From the human T2T-CHM13v2.0 reference genome, Homo sapiens, in the NCBI RefSeq assembly GCF_009914755.1, contig NC_060932.1: DNA of 64,000 nucleotides; one strand, given 5' to 3'. The translations under genes were made by a program, and so were the position numbers. Every line of letters begins with the position of its first letter. The stretch's first letter is position 1. The notes below the pieces were generated by a model. That model had not been told where the DNA came from, did not search any database, and saw only the letters and a list, made by a program, of their open reading frames with translations. Positions 27,201-42,783 of this stretch are shown here, one piece after another.

Positions 27201-28334
27201 CTATTTACAGGATTTTTTCCACCGTACCATCAGCTAGAAGCTAAGGATTTTGGCGGGGGGTGATAAAGTTGGGGGTGAGGGCTACTTTTTGTCCTTAAAT
27301 CAATTGTGAGAGGCTGACCTCTACTGGACCATATAGCACTTGAACACCAAAAGGAAGAAACAGTTTTCTTGGCCTCTTGTGATCTTTTCTTATATTTTGG
27401 AGATAAATCAACTTAATATACATATGCCAAGTGCTTATAGCATGTGAAATGCTGGACTAAATGCTGAGTGAATTCAAGTATAAATGCATTGGCCTCTGAA
27501 AGTCCCACTAGGAATGCATTGCAAGCATCCTATACCCAGCATGGCCTCTGCTTTACCAGGGAGATATTTCCAAACAGCAAAAGGACAATGTTCTCTTCTG
27601 GAGGGACTAGAAGATGCAGGTCTAACCAAGGAGCAGCCTTTCTCTAGGTAAACATTCTTCTCATGTCCTATTCCGTGTTTTAGAATATGTGCATCTTCTT
27701 TCTGTATCATTCTCTGTCCAATTGTCCTTTCTTTTTCATGCAATATAGATTATTTAAACAGCCACTCTCACTGCGAGTCAAATAAAATGGGTTGGTGACA
27801 CAGAGAATGGACTCCGACGAATGTTTTATTTCCTTATCTGTCATTCTTATCACTGGCCTTCTCTCCTGTCTCTGGTTACCTTTTTCACTTAGCTGGCCAA
27901 CTGAGAATTAGATGAAGGATGAAAATAAATTGGCAGATTGCCTTTAGCTGCGAGACAAGGGTTCTTTCTTTCTGTGGTTTAGTTTCACAAAGGGTTTTGT
28001 AGGCACTGGAAGTTTTGCTACAAAGCAGCAGGATCTAAAGGCTGCACCCCAGAAGGTTGAATGAAGAGGTCAGTGTCCCTGGCTTCATGCTGCCAGGTTT
28101 TGATGTGAGGAACTCACCTGTACCTCTTCTTGTCCTTTTTCTGCACTTGGAAAAATTATCTTTGAATTACAGTAGATTATGATCATTATTACTTTATGTT
28201 TGATTTGGAAATAAGTTAGTCTTACTAAAGAATGTGGCTGACTGGGGTTGTATAGTTCATAGTCTGGATGGGATCACAGAGCTGCTCAAGATCATGTACA
28301 AAATCACTCTGCATCTAAAAGAAGCAGTTTTCTA

Positions 28335-29070
28335 TTAATTTATAATGTTTTTATTATGCTTTTCTTATTACACGAGTATTTCATGCAGAAAATTTGAAAA
28401 GTACAGATAAGTGACAAATAAATACATAAAAACCACTTGAATCCTGTCACCTAAAGATATCCACTGATAACATTTTATATTATCCTTTAGGCTTTTTAAA
28501 TACATATTTTAACATAGGCTGTATTATACTGTTCACAGAATTTTTAAATTGCTTTTTCTCTCAGGAGCATAACAGAATATCTTTCTATGTCATAACAATC
28601 TTCTACAATATCATATTTTGTGGTTGCCTAGTATTTTGTCATATAGACATATCATAATTTATTTAAGTCTTTCCTTTTTTAGGGTTATTTAATTTATATC
28701 CAATATTTGGTTCTGTTTAACCCTTCTGCCCTAAACATCTTTGTTGCTAAGTCTCTGTGCACATTAATAATTTATTCTTTAGGATAAAAAAATGCGAGTA
28801 CAAAAAGTTTAAGGGTTTTGATATTTGTTGTCCAATTGACCCCCCAAAAATGGTATTAATAGATATGTCTGCTCATTGAATTACACCTGGAACAATAGTT
28901 GCAGTAAACTATTTAAAAATTTTGCCAATTTGACAGATTAAAATAGTGTCACGTTATGTACTTAAATTTTCTCGATTACTGAAATGAAACAGTTTTTGGA
29001 TTTGTACAATAGACTTACTGATTTCCTAACCCATAAATAGCTCTTTATTTCCATTTGTATATATCTACAT
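28335..29070 (-). mobile_element. L1ME 3' end
   Basis: gaaaatttgaaaagtacaga...ccactgataacatttt...tttgccaatttgacag. Confidence 0.65.
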
Positions 29071-29267
29071 ATCCAAGTATTACTATACAAAGCATGGGCT
29101 CTGGAGACACACTGTCTGGGGTCCAGGACAAGCTCTGACACTTTTTGTCCTGCTTAGAAAGGCCTAACCCCAAGACTATATGAATATTAACTCCTATTTT
29201 TTTTTTTCCAGATACTTTTTGGTCCCATTTTCTACTTATCTGCATTTTGAAAGCTGTATTAGTGGCT

Positions 29268-29430
29268 GTGCTGGTTGTTCTGTTTGCTCCATCAGAACCA
29301 TTTCCGCTCCTTTCCCAGTCTGCTCGGTGCCATGGGGGGGTTGCAAGAATGTTCTGCCTCAATGGGCTGCCTTGCCTGCTGGCTTTTGGTTGGGTCCAAG
29401 AAATGCATGGCAGAGAAAGAAAAGGAGGAG
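29268..29430. mobile_element. LTR33-like (ERVL) fragment
   Basis: tgtgctggttgttctgtttgctcc...gccttgcctgctggcttttggttggg. Confidence 0.6.
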
Positions 29431-29499
29431 TCTGGAACACTAGATTGTAGAGAGCAGCAGCATGTGCTGAGCTGAAGGGTCCGGATTTAATTCTGTGCT

Positions 29500-29700
29500 C
29501 GGTGGGCAACTGTGAAGAGTTTTAGGTGGGAAAGTAAGATGATCAAAGATCAAAGTGATCAACAAAAAATAGTTAATTTGATGGCATCGAGTAGGCTTGA
29601 AGACAGGAAGGCCCATGAGGAGGGCAAGGATTGCAGCAAAGAGGTCGAACTTGCAAATGTTGACTGTGAGTGATGAAAATAACAAAACACTAACTTAGAC
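29500..29700 (-). mobile_element. L2 fragment
   Basis: Degenerate antisense L2 (gaagagttttagg...gatgatcaaa...gacaggaaggccca). Confidence 0.45.
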
Positions 29701-30558
29701 ATTTCCAGAGAAAATGGTCTTGGAAATGGGTATTTTAGGTGTAAGGAATTGAGTAGTAACACTGTTAGTAAATCATCTTTGACCCCTGCCTTCAGCCCTT
29801 CTAGAGTGAGATTCCACATGGATCTTTGCAGGGAGACCCTACCTGGCCTAATAAAGAGAATGGCCTTCTTTGTCATGCCACTAAAGCCGAACAATATTTC
29901 TGCGTTTTTTTTCTATTTTGTTTGATCCTGGGTCTTGGAATTTTGTAATTTCTTGAAAACTTAAAATAATAATAGCTAATTTCATCGAGTACTTTTCTCC
30001 CCTTCTCTCTTATTTTTTTAGCATTAACATATTATTCCACTTAATATTTCTAACTGGCCTAAAAGTTATTGCATAATCAGTTGGAAATATGAGTTGGGAT
30101 GCAGCCTGGAATAGGGAAGAGCCTGGGTCTGGTGCAAGCAAAGCTGCTTCCAAGCAAAATGGGGCAGCCCACAGATGGCACAGCCTGCTCAAGCCTTGTC
30201 TTTCGGTAACTTCTTTATCCTCTAAATCCTTTTCTCGAAAACATGACTTCATCTGGGGACAGTATATGAGAAGTTGGGAAGGAGTGGGAATTTCGTCCCT
30301 GAGAGATATGATAGATTTGGCCCTCTTTGCCATTGGCACTACTTCCTCTTGGGCATTTTCCGAGATAATTGTTTTGGTCTGATAAGTTAGCAATGGTAAT
30401 TGTATTGAAAATTCACCTTGGCAATGACTTTACATATTGTGTAATCCAATCTCTTCACTGTGCCAACAAGGAAACCAAAATTCAGAATTCCATTTTTCTA
30501 TTCTCTTTGGTCTCCTCGCACTGGAAATCCCTTAGTTTCTGTGAAACAACTCTATTAT

Positions 30559-30889
30559 TAGTTATGTGCCACATAACAATGTTTCAGTCAACAATGGACT
30601 GCATGCACTATGGTGGTCCCATAAAAGACCATGTTTTTACTGTATCTTTTCTAAGTTTAGATATGTTTAGGTGCGCAAAGACTTACCACTGTGTTACGGT
30701 AGACTATAGTATTCAGTATAGCAACATGCTGTACAGGTTTGTAACCTAGGAGCAGTAGGCTATACCATATAGCCTAGGCATGTAGTAGGCTACACCATCT
30801 AGGTTTGTGGAAGTTCACTGTATGATGTTTGCACAACATTGTCTAATGCTGCATTTCTCAGATCTATGTTGTTAAGTGATGCATGACTG
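30559..30889 (+). mobile_element. Tigger3a (MER7A/Golem) MITE
   Basis: TIR-like tagttatgtgccacataac ... gttaagtgatgcatgactg; internal taggctataccatatagccta. Confidence 0.9.
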
Positions 30890-31653
30890 AATTTGGATAC
30901 CTTGGAGGTGCCTGGTAAAATGTGACAACCGCCATGACAAGCCTGTGACTCTCCTCTGGCTCTTTGGTGATCTTCCCATGTTCACAGCACCCATTACATA
31001 TTTTATATTTGCTTTTATTTCTGAGGGAGTTGATTTTGATGTGGACTAGAGCGTGCTCGGGGTTACATAGGGAGCAAGTGTTCTTTGCTCAGTGGGGTTC
31101 AATAGATGAAGTGGAGGAGGAGATGCAACTGTGATCTGTGGGACAAGAAAGCAAGAATTTATCTGAAAAGACCACACTGGTCCTTCCACGTAGCAGAAAT
31201 TCTGCAGGATTAACTGGTTTTCAATAGAAAACACTTACAGGACTGCAATGCTATTCACTTTCTCATGGTTTTAAATTTTCTTCTTTGTAGATTTCTTTAT
31301 TCTCTGAATTTTATGCCATGAATGTCTTCCTTTGGTGTTCAGAGACATTTATGTATCTGTATCTACCTCTCTATTGTAATTTCTAAAAGAAGGCCAAATG
31401 CCTGGGGAGATCAGCTCTGAGAACTTTGCGCGGGAACTTTCAAGAAGATTGAAAGTGAAGTCCTAAATGGAATTTGCTAAACGTTCTTGAGGAAGCAACC
31501 TTGGAAAAACCGTTCTGTGGTCAAATATATTTGGAATGGTGTATTCCAGCCCCTTTGTGGAGACTCATAATGCCCGTGAAAATCTCTGAAACTTTCTGGA
31601 GGAAAAGGCAACAAAAATGAAACAATGCAAGATTCTGTCTAAATCTCTTCAAC

Positions 31654-31752
31654 ACAGTGTTTCTAAACTTATGGGACTTGATACTCATTTTTTTGTGTCT
31701 CAACATTTTAACAGGAACAATATTCTGTGAACCATACTTTGGGAGAACTACT
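31654..31752. mobile_element. Short hAT-Charlie-type MITE remnant
   Basis: cagtgtttctaaactt ... catactttgggagaac termini. Confidence 0.4.
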
Positions 31753-31959
31753 CTTGAAGGAGTCCTATAACAGCTTTTTTTGAAGCTGTTTACTTGAAGC
31801 CCGTGGGTCTCAGGATAAGCCTGCCAGGGGCCGGAGACAAACCCGATTGTGATGTCTCTTCTTTACTCTATTGGTGTGTAGGTGAGCACCAAATAAGGTA
31901 AGTAGTAGGACTTGCCTTGAAGAAGAAAAGAAGTCCTAAAAGCACACAATTTGGGGTAG

Positions 31960-32386
<427 letters not shown>

Positions 32387-32489
32387 TTGTGACTGACTCC
32401 TTGAGTTACCACCTAGGAGCTTGGCTGTAGCTGTTCCCTGGCTAGGATGGTGGCTGCTGTTCTCTGTTGGAGGCCACAGAGAAGTGGGA

Positions 32490-32870
32490 TCTGCAAGTAC
32501 TCTGAGTCCACCCTAGGTGTGCGGCACTGTTCCAGGTGCCCAGGAACCACACAAAGAGACAGACAGCCTCACTCTTACCTTTCTCAGCTAACAATGTAGT
32601 TGAGATATGGCATATACATCCGAGGTATCAGAAAACATAAGATTGTGATTGCATGCTTTGTCATGTGATATAGATTTTAAGGTATTGTAGGCTTCTGGGG
32701 AAGTAGAGGACATCTACAAGCCAGGAAGGGTTAGGAAAGACTTTCCTAGGGTGTAGGTAGAAGTAGGGTTGAAGAAATGAATCGAGTTTGAAAAGCTGGA
32801 GGTGAAAGGTAAGGCCACTGGACCAGGGAACCCATGTAGGGGATGGTGCAGAGCCCAGGGGGAACACAGG
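32490..32870 (-). mobile_element. L2 3' end
   Basis: ggcactgttccaggtgc...ttaggaaagactttcct. Confidence 0.65.
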
Positions 32871-32964
32871 ATTTGTCCTGGGTGGTATTAGCAAGTCTCG
32901 TTAAGAAGTCTCAGTCCTCCCCAAAAGGTGTTACACTTGGTAGAGTTTTTCAGTCAGGGATGCG

Positions 32965-33235
32965 ACTTGAGCATCTTCTTCGTGAGGTCTTACTTGATTA
33001 CCCCAGTGTCTTCCCTGACTGGAATGGGGTTATGGTGGAGTAACCCATTTGTTATTCACAGTTGCTGGCTTGTTTATTCATTCTGCAAGTACATCTGACA
33101 AGATGGCCTGATTAAGCCTATGAACTCTTTGAAGGCATGAACCACGATGGTCTTGTTTCCCTCTCTCCTCCTACCCATTTGCCTTCAGCAAGGCTCAGCA
33201 CAGGGAATGAGCTCAGTAAGTGTCAGCTGGTGGAT
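32965..33235 (+). mobile_element. L2 3' end
   Basis: tgaactctttgaaggca...gcacagggaatgagctcagtaagtgt. Confidence 0.6.
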
Positions 33236-34259
33236 CCATTGGATTCTGATGAACACTTCTTGCTTAGAGCACATGTCATCTGTCAGTGCTCTCATTTCAC
33301 TGGGGTTGGAAAAGGAGCAAGGAAAACCAGTGTGTACTCCAAGATTGCACAGTCTCAGGGTGCTGTAGAGCCTTATCTAAAATTTCACTCTCTTTTGAGG
33401 TTTAAGAGGTCCTTGCCTGCTTAGTTCAGTGTCACTGTAAGCATTTACTGGAGCACTATTTTCAGTCCAGTTTGAGGGCGTGTGTGTGTGTGTGTAGAGG
33501 TGGGAGTGGGAGGGGAAGAAGATAGTGCAGAGATGTTGATAACATTAGTCCTAGTCTCAAGATGTTCGCATTCTGGTAAGGAGAACCAGACTGAGAACTA
33601 TCATCTGTAACGTAGTTGCCAACCTTTTGGAGTGCTGGGAAAGGAGGGGCCCATTCAGTTCCTTGTAGATTCTTACCCATTTTTCGGGAACAAGGAGTTG
33701 GAGTCTATTGTGTTGTGTTCTGCAGAAGCTGTCTTTCTTATTGATGCGGACTAGCCTGCCAACCACCCTAGGCCATATTCTCTCTCTTTCTACCCCAGGG
33801 CAGGGACTGGAAGGTTCTTTAGCTCTGCCAATTTCAGAGCAGACCCTGTACCTCCAGGCACAGTCCACCAGATGGTGCAAAACAAATGAAACACTCATCC
33901 TGGTCTGTCCAGCTTATCAAACCCAAAATTGGGCAGCAGAGGAGAGAACTTTCTTTCCTGGAATTTTCCACTTCTGAGTTCAGCCAGAATGGTATGAAAA
34001 TGCACAACTTAGACTTGAATACGAAGTTTGGAGTAGCTTTAGGGATTACAAACATTTGTGCGCGCACACCTCCTGTGTGTGTTTGTGGTGAGATCTTATA
34101 TGTAAGCAGAAAGGAGGCATTTGCCTATGCGTGATTGCCAGGAATCTGGGAGACCCCCTACCCTCACCCCTAATATTCTTTCACCTCCTGGCTCTAAGCT
34201 AAACTTCCATGCCACAAAGTCATAAAGGTTTTAAAGTGTTAACATCCTAGGGAAAAGTC

Positions 34260-34460
34260 ATAATAATGCCTCATATTTATTTAGAGCCTTGCATGCACCT
34301 TCATATATATTGTTTCATTAGAACTTCATACCAACCCTGGAAAGCAGGTAATGCTGCTATATTCACTTTTTAAATGAAGAAACTGAGAGACAGAGACAGT
34401 ACAACAGGTCCCCCAGTTTACACACTTGGTCAGTGCTAGAGCCGCTAGATCAAATGGAGA
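34260..34460 (-). mobile_element. MIR SINE
   Basis: ccaaccctggaaagcagg...aaatgaagaaactgagag. Confidence 0.7.
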
Positions 34461-34687
34461 ACGTCAAGGGTTGAATCTCCTTCTATTTTTCATTACTCTG
34501 GGATGAATTCTCTCTTTCAATGACTAGAATCCAGTTTTTTAAATAAATAGATTGTGAGAGGGAGAAAGAGTAGAAGAGCTGAGGGAGCTGAGCTCTTTAC
34601 AGAGGAAAGAACAGGGACAGTGAGGGAGACTAGGGCCCCAGAGATGCAATGCGCTTCTCCAATTTTTCTTGGAGCAGTTGTGTGGTG

Positions 34688-34705
34688 CGTGTGTGTGTGT
34701 GTGTG
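34688..34705. repeat. (TG)n microsatellite (another at 33479-33494)
   Basis: Direct reading. Confidence 0.85.
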
Positions 34706-35580
34706 GGGGGGTGTATACTCACACATACTTGCACACACAGCGTGAACGTCATCTTATGTATATACTTTTATTCAAGTTGGTTGCATTTGATTCCAGTGAC
34801 CCTTGCTATAGCAGTGAATAGTATTAGAAAACCAAGTTCTAAGCAACAAACTATGGGAAATAAACATAGGAAGCTCTTTCCTTAATAGTCAAGGTTGCAC
34901 CTATATCCCAATATAGTACTGTGCCAGGCCTGGGGACATCGTTTCCATTCCCTTTCCTATCTGCTCGCTGAATTGTGCAAGCTCTGTCCCTCCTGGTGTC
35001 CTCATAGGACAGCCCTTGCAAGTGCATCATCATGCATGCTCTACCTCTGTCATTCTAGCCTTCCCCTCAACAGATCCCAGAAGACTGTTGCAGCCCTCAC
35101 AGCCTGCCAGGTGACCAACAGATCCCTCAGAATTTTCTGTGCTGAATATGTCAGTCAATGGTAGGGATCTCATGGGCTTCTCCTTCTGAGTAACACAGAC
35201 GCTAAGGCTTTATTTCACTCAAAGCTTTAGACACAATTCAAAACAAAGCAATATGGAAGTTCCAGGCATTGCAGTTGGTCAGACCTTCAAAGTTCTGCAA
35301 GACTTCTCAGAATCCAGCATATCACACGAGCTGTTTGTGCGACCAGCCTGTGGGGTCAGCCTTGAAACTTGGCCTTAGAGTTGTTTTCTGGGAGAGGTTG
35401 TACCTAACCAGGTAAAGTCACTCATACCTGCTCCCTTCTTTTTTATTTTAGTGCCTCTGGGCTAGTTGAGATCCCCAGAAGCTCGACTTGGATTACTGCA
35501 GTTATCTAATTGGTCATTTTATCTCCAGCCTCCAGCCTCCTTGTATTTTCATCTTAGATGTGGCTACCAGAGCAATTTTT

Positions 35581-36153
<573 letters not shown>

Positions 36154-36308
36154 CAGAGCAATTTTTATACAACTCAGATTGTATCATTTCACTTTCCTGT
36201 TTGAAAATTCTAAATAACTCCCCTGTTTTTCTTTTTCACCCTATTTTTCTTTTTTAAACAATTGCTTTATTGAGACATAATTCACATACCATAAATGTCA
36301 CCCATTTA

Positions 36309-36662
<354 letters not shown>

Positions 36663-36707
36663 TCAATGAGTATTAATATATTCACAGAGTTGTGCAACCA
36701 TCACCAC

Positions 36708-37106
36708 TGCTATGGGCTGAATCATGTCCCCGCCATTCACGTATTAAAATCCTAATGCTCCAGTACCTCAAAATGTGACTGTATTTGGAAATAGGGCCCT
36801 TAGGGAGGTAATTAAGGTAAAATTAGGTCATATGGATACACCCTAATCTAGTATGGATAGATGAATATGGATGAGGATGTATCCTAGTCCAACTGGTATC
36901 CCCATAAAAAGAGGAGATTTAGAAACAGTCAGTATACAGACTGAGAGGACAGCCATCTGCAAGCCACGGAGGCGTCAGGAGAAACCAAACCTACTGACAC
37001 CTTGATGTTGGATATCTGGCTTCCAGAAATGTCAGAGAATAAATGTCTGTTGCTTATCCACCTAGTCTGTAGTATTTTATTATGGCAGCCTGGGCAGGTG
37101 AATACA
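36708..37106 (+). mobile_element. MLT1A/B solo LTR
   Basis: tgctatgggctgaat...aatgtgactgtatttggaaatagg...tatggcagcc...aataca; TSD accac/gccac. Confidence 0.88.
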
Positions 37107-38538
37107 GCCACAATCTAATTTTAGAACATTTTCATCATTCCATCATCCAATTTTCCTTTATCTCCCCCAGGCCCTAGTTAACCACTAATCTATTTTCTGT
37201 TGTATAGATTTGTCTGTTGTATAGGTTTGTCTATTCTGGACATTTTATTTAAGAGAAATCACACAATATGTGGTCTTTTGTGACCAGCTTCTTTCACTTA
37301 ACATAAAGTTCATCCATGTTGTAGTATATGTCTATAATTCATTCCTTTTTATTGCTGAAGGAAGTTGCACTATTTGGGCATACCACATTTTATTTATTCA
37401 CTCATTGGTTGAAGGAAATTTGGATTGTTTTCAGTTCTGGGCTGTGAATAAATTTGCTGTGAGCATTCATATACAAGTTTTTTGTGTGGACATCTGTTTT
37501 CATTTTTCCGGTGTATATGACTGGGTCAAATGGTTACTGGTATATTTAACATTTTGAAGAACTTCCAAACTGTTTTCCAGATTGGCTGTACCTTTTACAT
37601 TCTTATCAGCCATGGATGAGAGTTCTAATCTCTCCACATTCTTGACAATACTGGTTTTTATAATATGTTTATGATAATAGTTAATAGTAGTTAGTGTGAC
37701 TATTTATTATCTCTTGTGGTTTTGAGTTGCATTTGCCTAAGTGGCTAATTTTTGTTTTGTTTTGAAAATTTTTCATGGGCTTATTGGCCATTTTCATATC
37801 TTCTTTGGAGTAATGTTTATTCAGATTATTTGCTCATTTTTTAATGATTTAGTTGTATTTTTATTATTGAGTATTAAGAGTTCATTGTATATTCTGGATG
37901 TAAGTCCCTTATCAGGTACATGATTTACAAATGTTTTCATCTATCCTGTGGGTTGTCTTTTTGATGGTATCCTTTGTAGCCCAAATGGTCTTAATTTTGA
38001 TGATATTAAATCTGTTTTTCTTTTGTTGCTTGTGCTTTTGGCATCTTATCTTCTAAGAAATCATTGTCTAATCCAAGGTCACAAAGATTTACTCCTATAC
38101 TTTATTCTAACAGTTTTACTGGTATAGTTCTTACATTTTGATGTGACTCATTTGAGTTAATTTTTCTGTATGGAGTTAAATAAAGAAGTCTGCTTCATTC
38201 TTTTGTCTTCAGTCAGTTGTGCTAACACTATTTGCTGAAAAGACTTCTTTCCCCATTGAATTATCTCAGCATTCTTGTTGAAAATAAACAAACCATAAAT
38301 GTAAAGCTTTATTTCTGGACTCTTAAATCTATTTCATTGGCCTATATGTTTATCTTTATGCCAATAACCCACTGTTTTGATTACTATAACTTTAGAGTAC
38401 ATTTGAAATAAGGAAGTGTGAGTCTTTCAACATTTTTTCTTATTTTTAAATATTGTTTTGGTTACTCTGGGTTTCTGCATTTCCATAAAATTTAGGATCT
38501 GCTTGTCTATTTCTACAAAGAAGACAGCTGGAATTTTA

Positions 38539-40613
38539 TTTTCATTTCTATTATATATATTTTATAGATAAATATAAAAATATATAAATACATAATAAAA
38601 ATATTTATTGAAGCTATTGAAATATGTATATATTTCAATAGATTTGGGGATACAAGTGGTTTTTGGTTACATAGATGAATTGTATAGTGGTGAAGTCTAG
38701 GATTTTAGTGTACCTGTCACCTGGGTGGTGTACATTGTACCCAATATGTAGTTTTTTATGTCTCTCCTTCCTCCCACCTTCCCCTCTTCTGAGTCTCCAA
38801 TGTCCATTATACCACTCTGTATGCCTTTGCATACCCATAGCTTAGCACCCAGTTATAAGTGGGAACATCCAGTATTTGGTTTTCCATTTTTGAGTTACTT
38901 CACTTAGAATAATGTCCCTTATCTAAGTTGCTGCAAAAGACATTTCATTCTTTTTTATGCCTGAGTAGCATTCCATTGTGTATTCATACAACATTTTCTT
39001 TATCCACTCACTGGTTGATGGGCACTTAGGTTGATTCCATATCTTTGCAATTGTGTATTGTGCTGCAATAAACATTTACATGCAGGTGTCTTTTTGAAAC
39101 AATGACTTCTTTTCCCTTGGGGAGATACCCAGTAGTGGGATTGCTGGATCAAATGGTAGATCTACTTTTAGTTTTTTGAGAAATCTCCATACTGTTTTTT
39201 ATAGAGGTTGTACTAATTTGCATTCCCACCAGCAGTATATAAGCATTCCCTTTTCACCAGATCCATGCCAACATATATTGTCTTTGACTTTTTAATAATG
39301 GCCCTTCTGGCTGCAGTAAGGTAGTATTTCATTGTGATTTTAATGTGCATTTCTCTGATGATTAGTGATGTTGAGCATTTTTTCATATATTGGCCATTTG
39401 TTTATTTTATTTTGAGATGTGTTTATTCATGTCATTTGCCTACTTTTTGAAGGGATTATCTGCTTTTTCCTTGCTGATTTGAGTTGCTTGTAGATTCTAG
39501 GTATTAGTCCTTTGTCAGACGCATAGTTTGCAAACGTTCTCTCCCATTCTGTGGGTTGTCTGTTAACTCTAGTGATTATTTCTTTTGCTATGCAGAAACT
39601 TTTTAGCTTTGTTAGGTCTCATTTATTTAATTTTGTTTTTATTGCATTTGCTTTTGGGGTCTTGATCATAAATTCTTTGCCTAGGCCAATGTACAGAAGA
39701 GTTATTCCTAGGTTTTTTTGTAAAATTTTTATGGTTTCAGGTTTTAGATTTAAGCCTTTAATCCATCTTGAGTTGACTTTTGTATATGATGAAAAATGGG
39801 GATCCAGTTCATTCTTCTACCTGTGGCTGTTCAGTTTTCCCAGCACCATTTATTGAATAGGGTGTCTTTTCTCCAATTTATGTTTTTGTATGCTTTGTCA
39901 AAGATCTGTTGGTTGGAAGTATTTGGCTTTCTTTCTGGGTTCTCTATTCTGTTCCATTGATCTATGTATCTACTTTTATAACAAGCACCATGCTGTTTTG
40001 CTTACTATAGCCTGGTAGTGTAATTTGAAGTCAGGTAATGTGACGCCTCAAGGTTTGTTCTTTTTGTTCAGGATTGCTTTGGCTATTTGGGCTCCTTTTT
40101 GGTTCCACATGAATTTTATGATTGTTTTTTCTAATTTGTGAAAAATGATATTGGTATTTTTATAGGAATTGCATTGCATCTGTAGATTGCTTTGGGCAGT
40201 ATGGTCATTTTCATGATATTGATTCTTCCAATCCATGATCATGGGATGTATTTCCATTTGTTTGTGTCATATATGATTTGTTTTAGCAGAGTTTGGTAGT
40301 CTTCCTTATAGAGATCTTTCACCTCGTTGGTTAAGTTTTTGTTTGTTTGTTTTTTTCAGCTATTGTGAAAGGGATGTTCTTGATTTGATTCTCAGCTTGG
40401 TCGTTGTTCGTGTAAGGCAGTGTTATTGATTTATGTAAATTGATTTCATAACCTGAGACTTTACTGAATTCATTTATCAATTTGAGGCATCTTTTGGAGG
40501 TGTTTTTAGGGTTTTCTAGGTATATAATCGTATCATCAGCAAACAGAGGTAGTTTGACTTCCTTTTTTCCAAATTGAATAACCTTTATTTCTTTCTCATG
40601 TCTGATTGCTCTG
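38539..40613 (-). mobile_element. L1PB 5'-truncated (~2 kb, ORF2 RT C-terminal part plus 3'UTR)
   Basis: 16-bp TSD gacagctggaatttta (38523-38538 / 40614-40629); ORF 40331-40654 contains [17 protein letters not shown] (L1 RT FADD motif). Confidence 0.93.
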
Positions 40614-41805
40614 GACAGCTGGAATTTTAAAGGAATTGTATTAAATTTGTACATCTATTGGGAAATATTACCATCCTAACAATATTAAGTCTTCTGATCC
40701 ATAAACATGGGATTTCTTTGCACTTATTTAAATCTTTAATTTCTTTCAGCAATGTTTTGTAGTTTTCAGTGTAAAATTCTTCCACCTTTTTTCAATTTAT
40801 TTTTAAGTATTCTATTTGATTCTATTGTATATGGAATTGTTTTTAACTTTTATTTTAGATTGTTTATTGCTAGTTTACAGAAATACAATTGACTTTTGTA
40901 TGTTGATTTTCTATTCTTCAAACTTGCTGAACATATTTCAATGTAAACATATTTCAATAGTTTTTTAGTGTATTCCATTCGGTTTCCCATGTGCAAGGTC
41001 ATGCCATTTGCAAATATAAATAATTTTACTTCTTCCTTTCCAATCTGGATTTTTAAAATGTTCTTTCCATTGCCTAATCACCTATCCAAAAGCCTCGAGT
41101 ATAATGTTGAATAAAAATGGTGAGCAGACATCCTTGTATTGTCTCTAATCTTAGGGGAGAAAAATTCAGTCTTTCAGTGCTAGCATTATGTTAGCTATAG
41201 GTTTTTTATAGATGCCCTTGATTAGGTTGAGGAGTTCTATTCTATTCTTAATCTATTGAATATTTTTATCATTAAAGATTGCTGGATTGTGTTAAATGCT
41301 TTTTCTGTGTCTACTGAGGTGATGATGTAGATTTTTTCCTTTATTCTATTAATATCACGTATTACATTGGTTGGTTTTCAGATGTTTAACCAAATTTGTA
41401 TTCCTAGGATAAATCCTACTGGGTCATGGTAGATAATCCTTTTTACATTTTAATACATTTGATTTCAATTTTGAATTTGTTAGTATTTTGTTGAGATTTT
41501 GGTATCTATATTCATAACTGATATTGGTCTTTAGTTTTTTTGTGTTGTCTTTGGTTTTGGTGTCATAGAATGTGTTGAGAAGTTTTTCTTCAACTTTTTT
41601 CTGAATGAGTTTGTGGGGTTGATTTTCATTCTTCTTTACATGTTCTGTAGAATTTACCAGTGATTCCACCTGGGCCTAGGCTTTTCTTTGTGGGAAGTTT
41701 ATAAATTATTGATTAAATCTTGTGGTGATTGTTATAGGTCCATTCAGATTTTCTATTTATTCTTGATGATTTCTGTAACTTTTGCCTAAGAATTTGTCCA
41801 TTTCC

Positions 41806-42159
<354 letters not shown>

Positions 42160-42360
42160 TCAAACAGTAACATTAATTTTTTGTATCATTCTCTTATAAT
42201 TCCTTTTGTTTGTGGAAGGTTTGTAGTGAAACACTCTCTTTTATTCCTGATTTTCATAATGTTAGTTTTCTCTTTTTCTTGTTCAGTCTAACTAAAAGTT
42301 TGTTAATCTTGTTTCTATTTTCAAAGAACTAACTTTTGGTTTTATTGATTTTTTTTTCTA

Positions 42361-42783
<423 letters not shown>

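Noticed and set aside
29045-29509. 154-aa minus-strand ORF
   Set aside because: Spans LTR33 and MIR-like remnants
30756-30776. Palindrome taggctataccatatagccta
   Set aside because: Intrinsic to the Tigger3a consensus
39551-41669. ORFs with reverse-transcriptase similarity
   Set aside because: Frameshifted L1 ORF2 fossils, not functional genes
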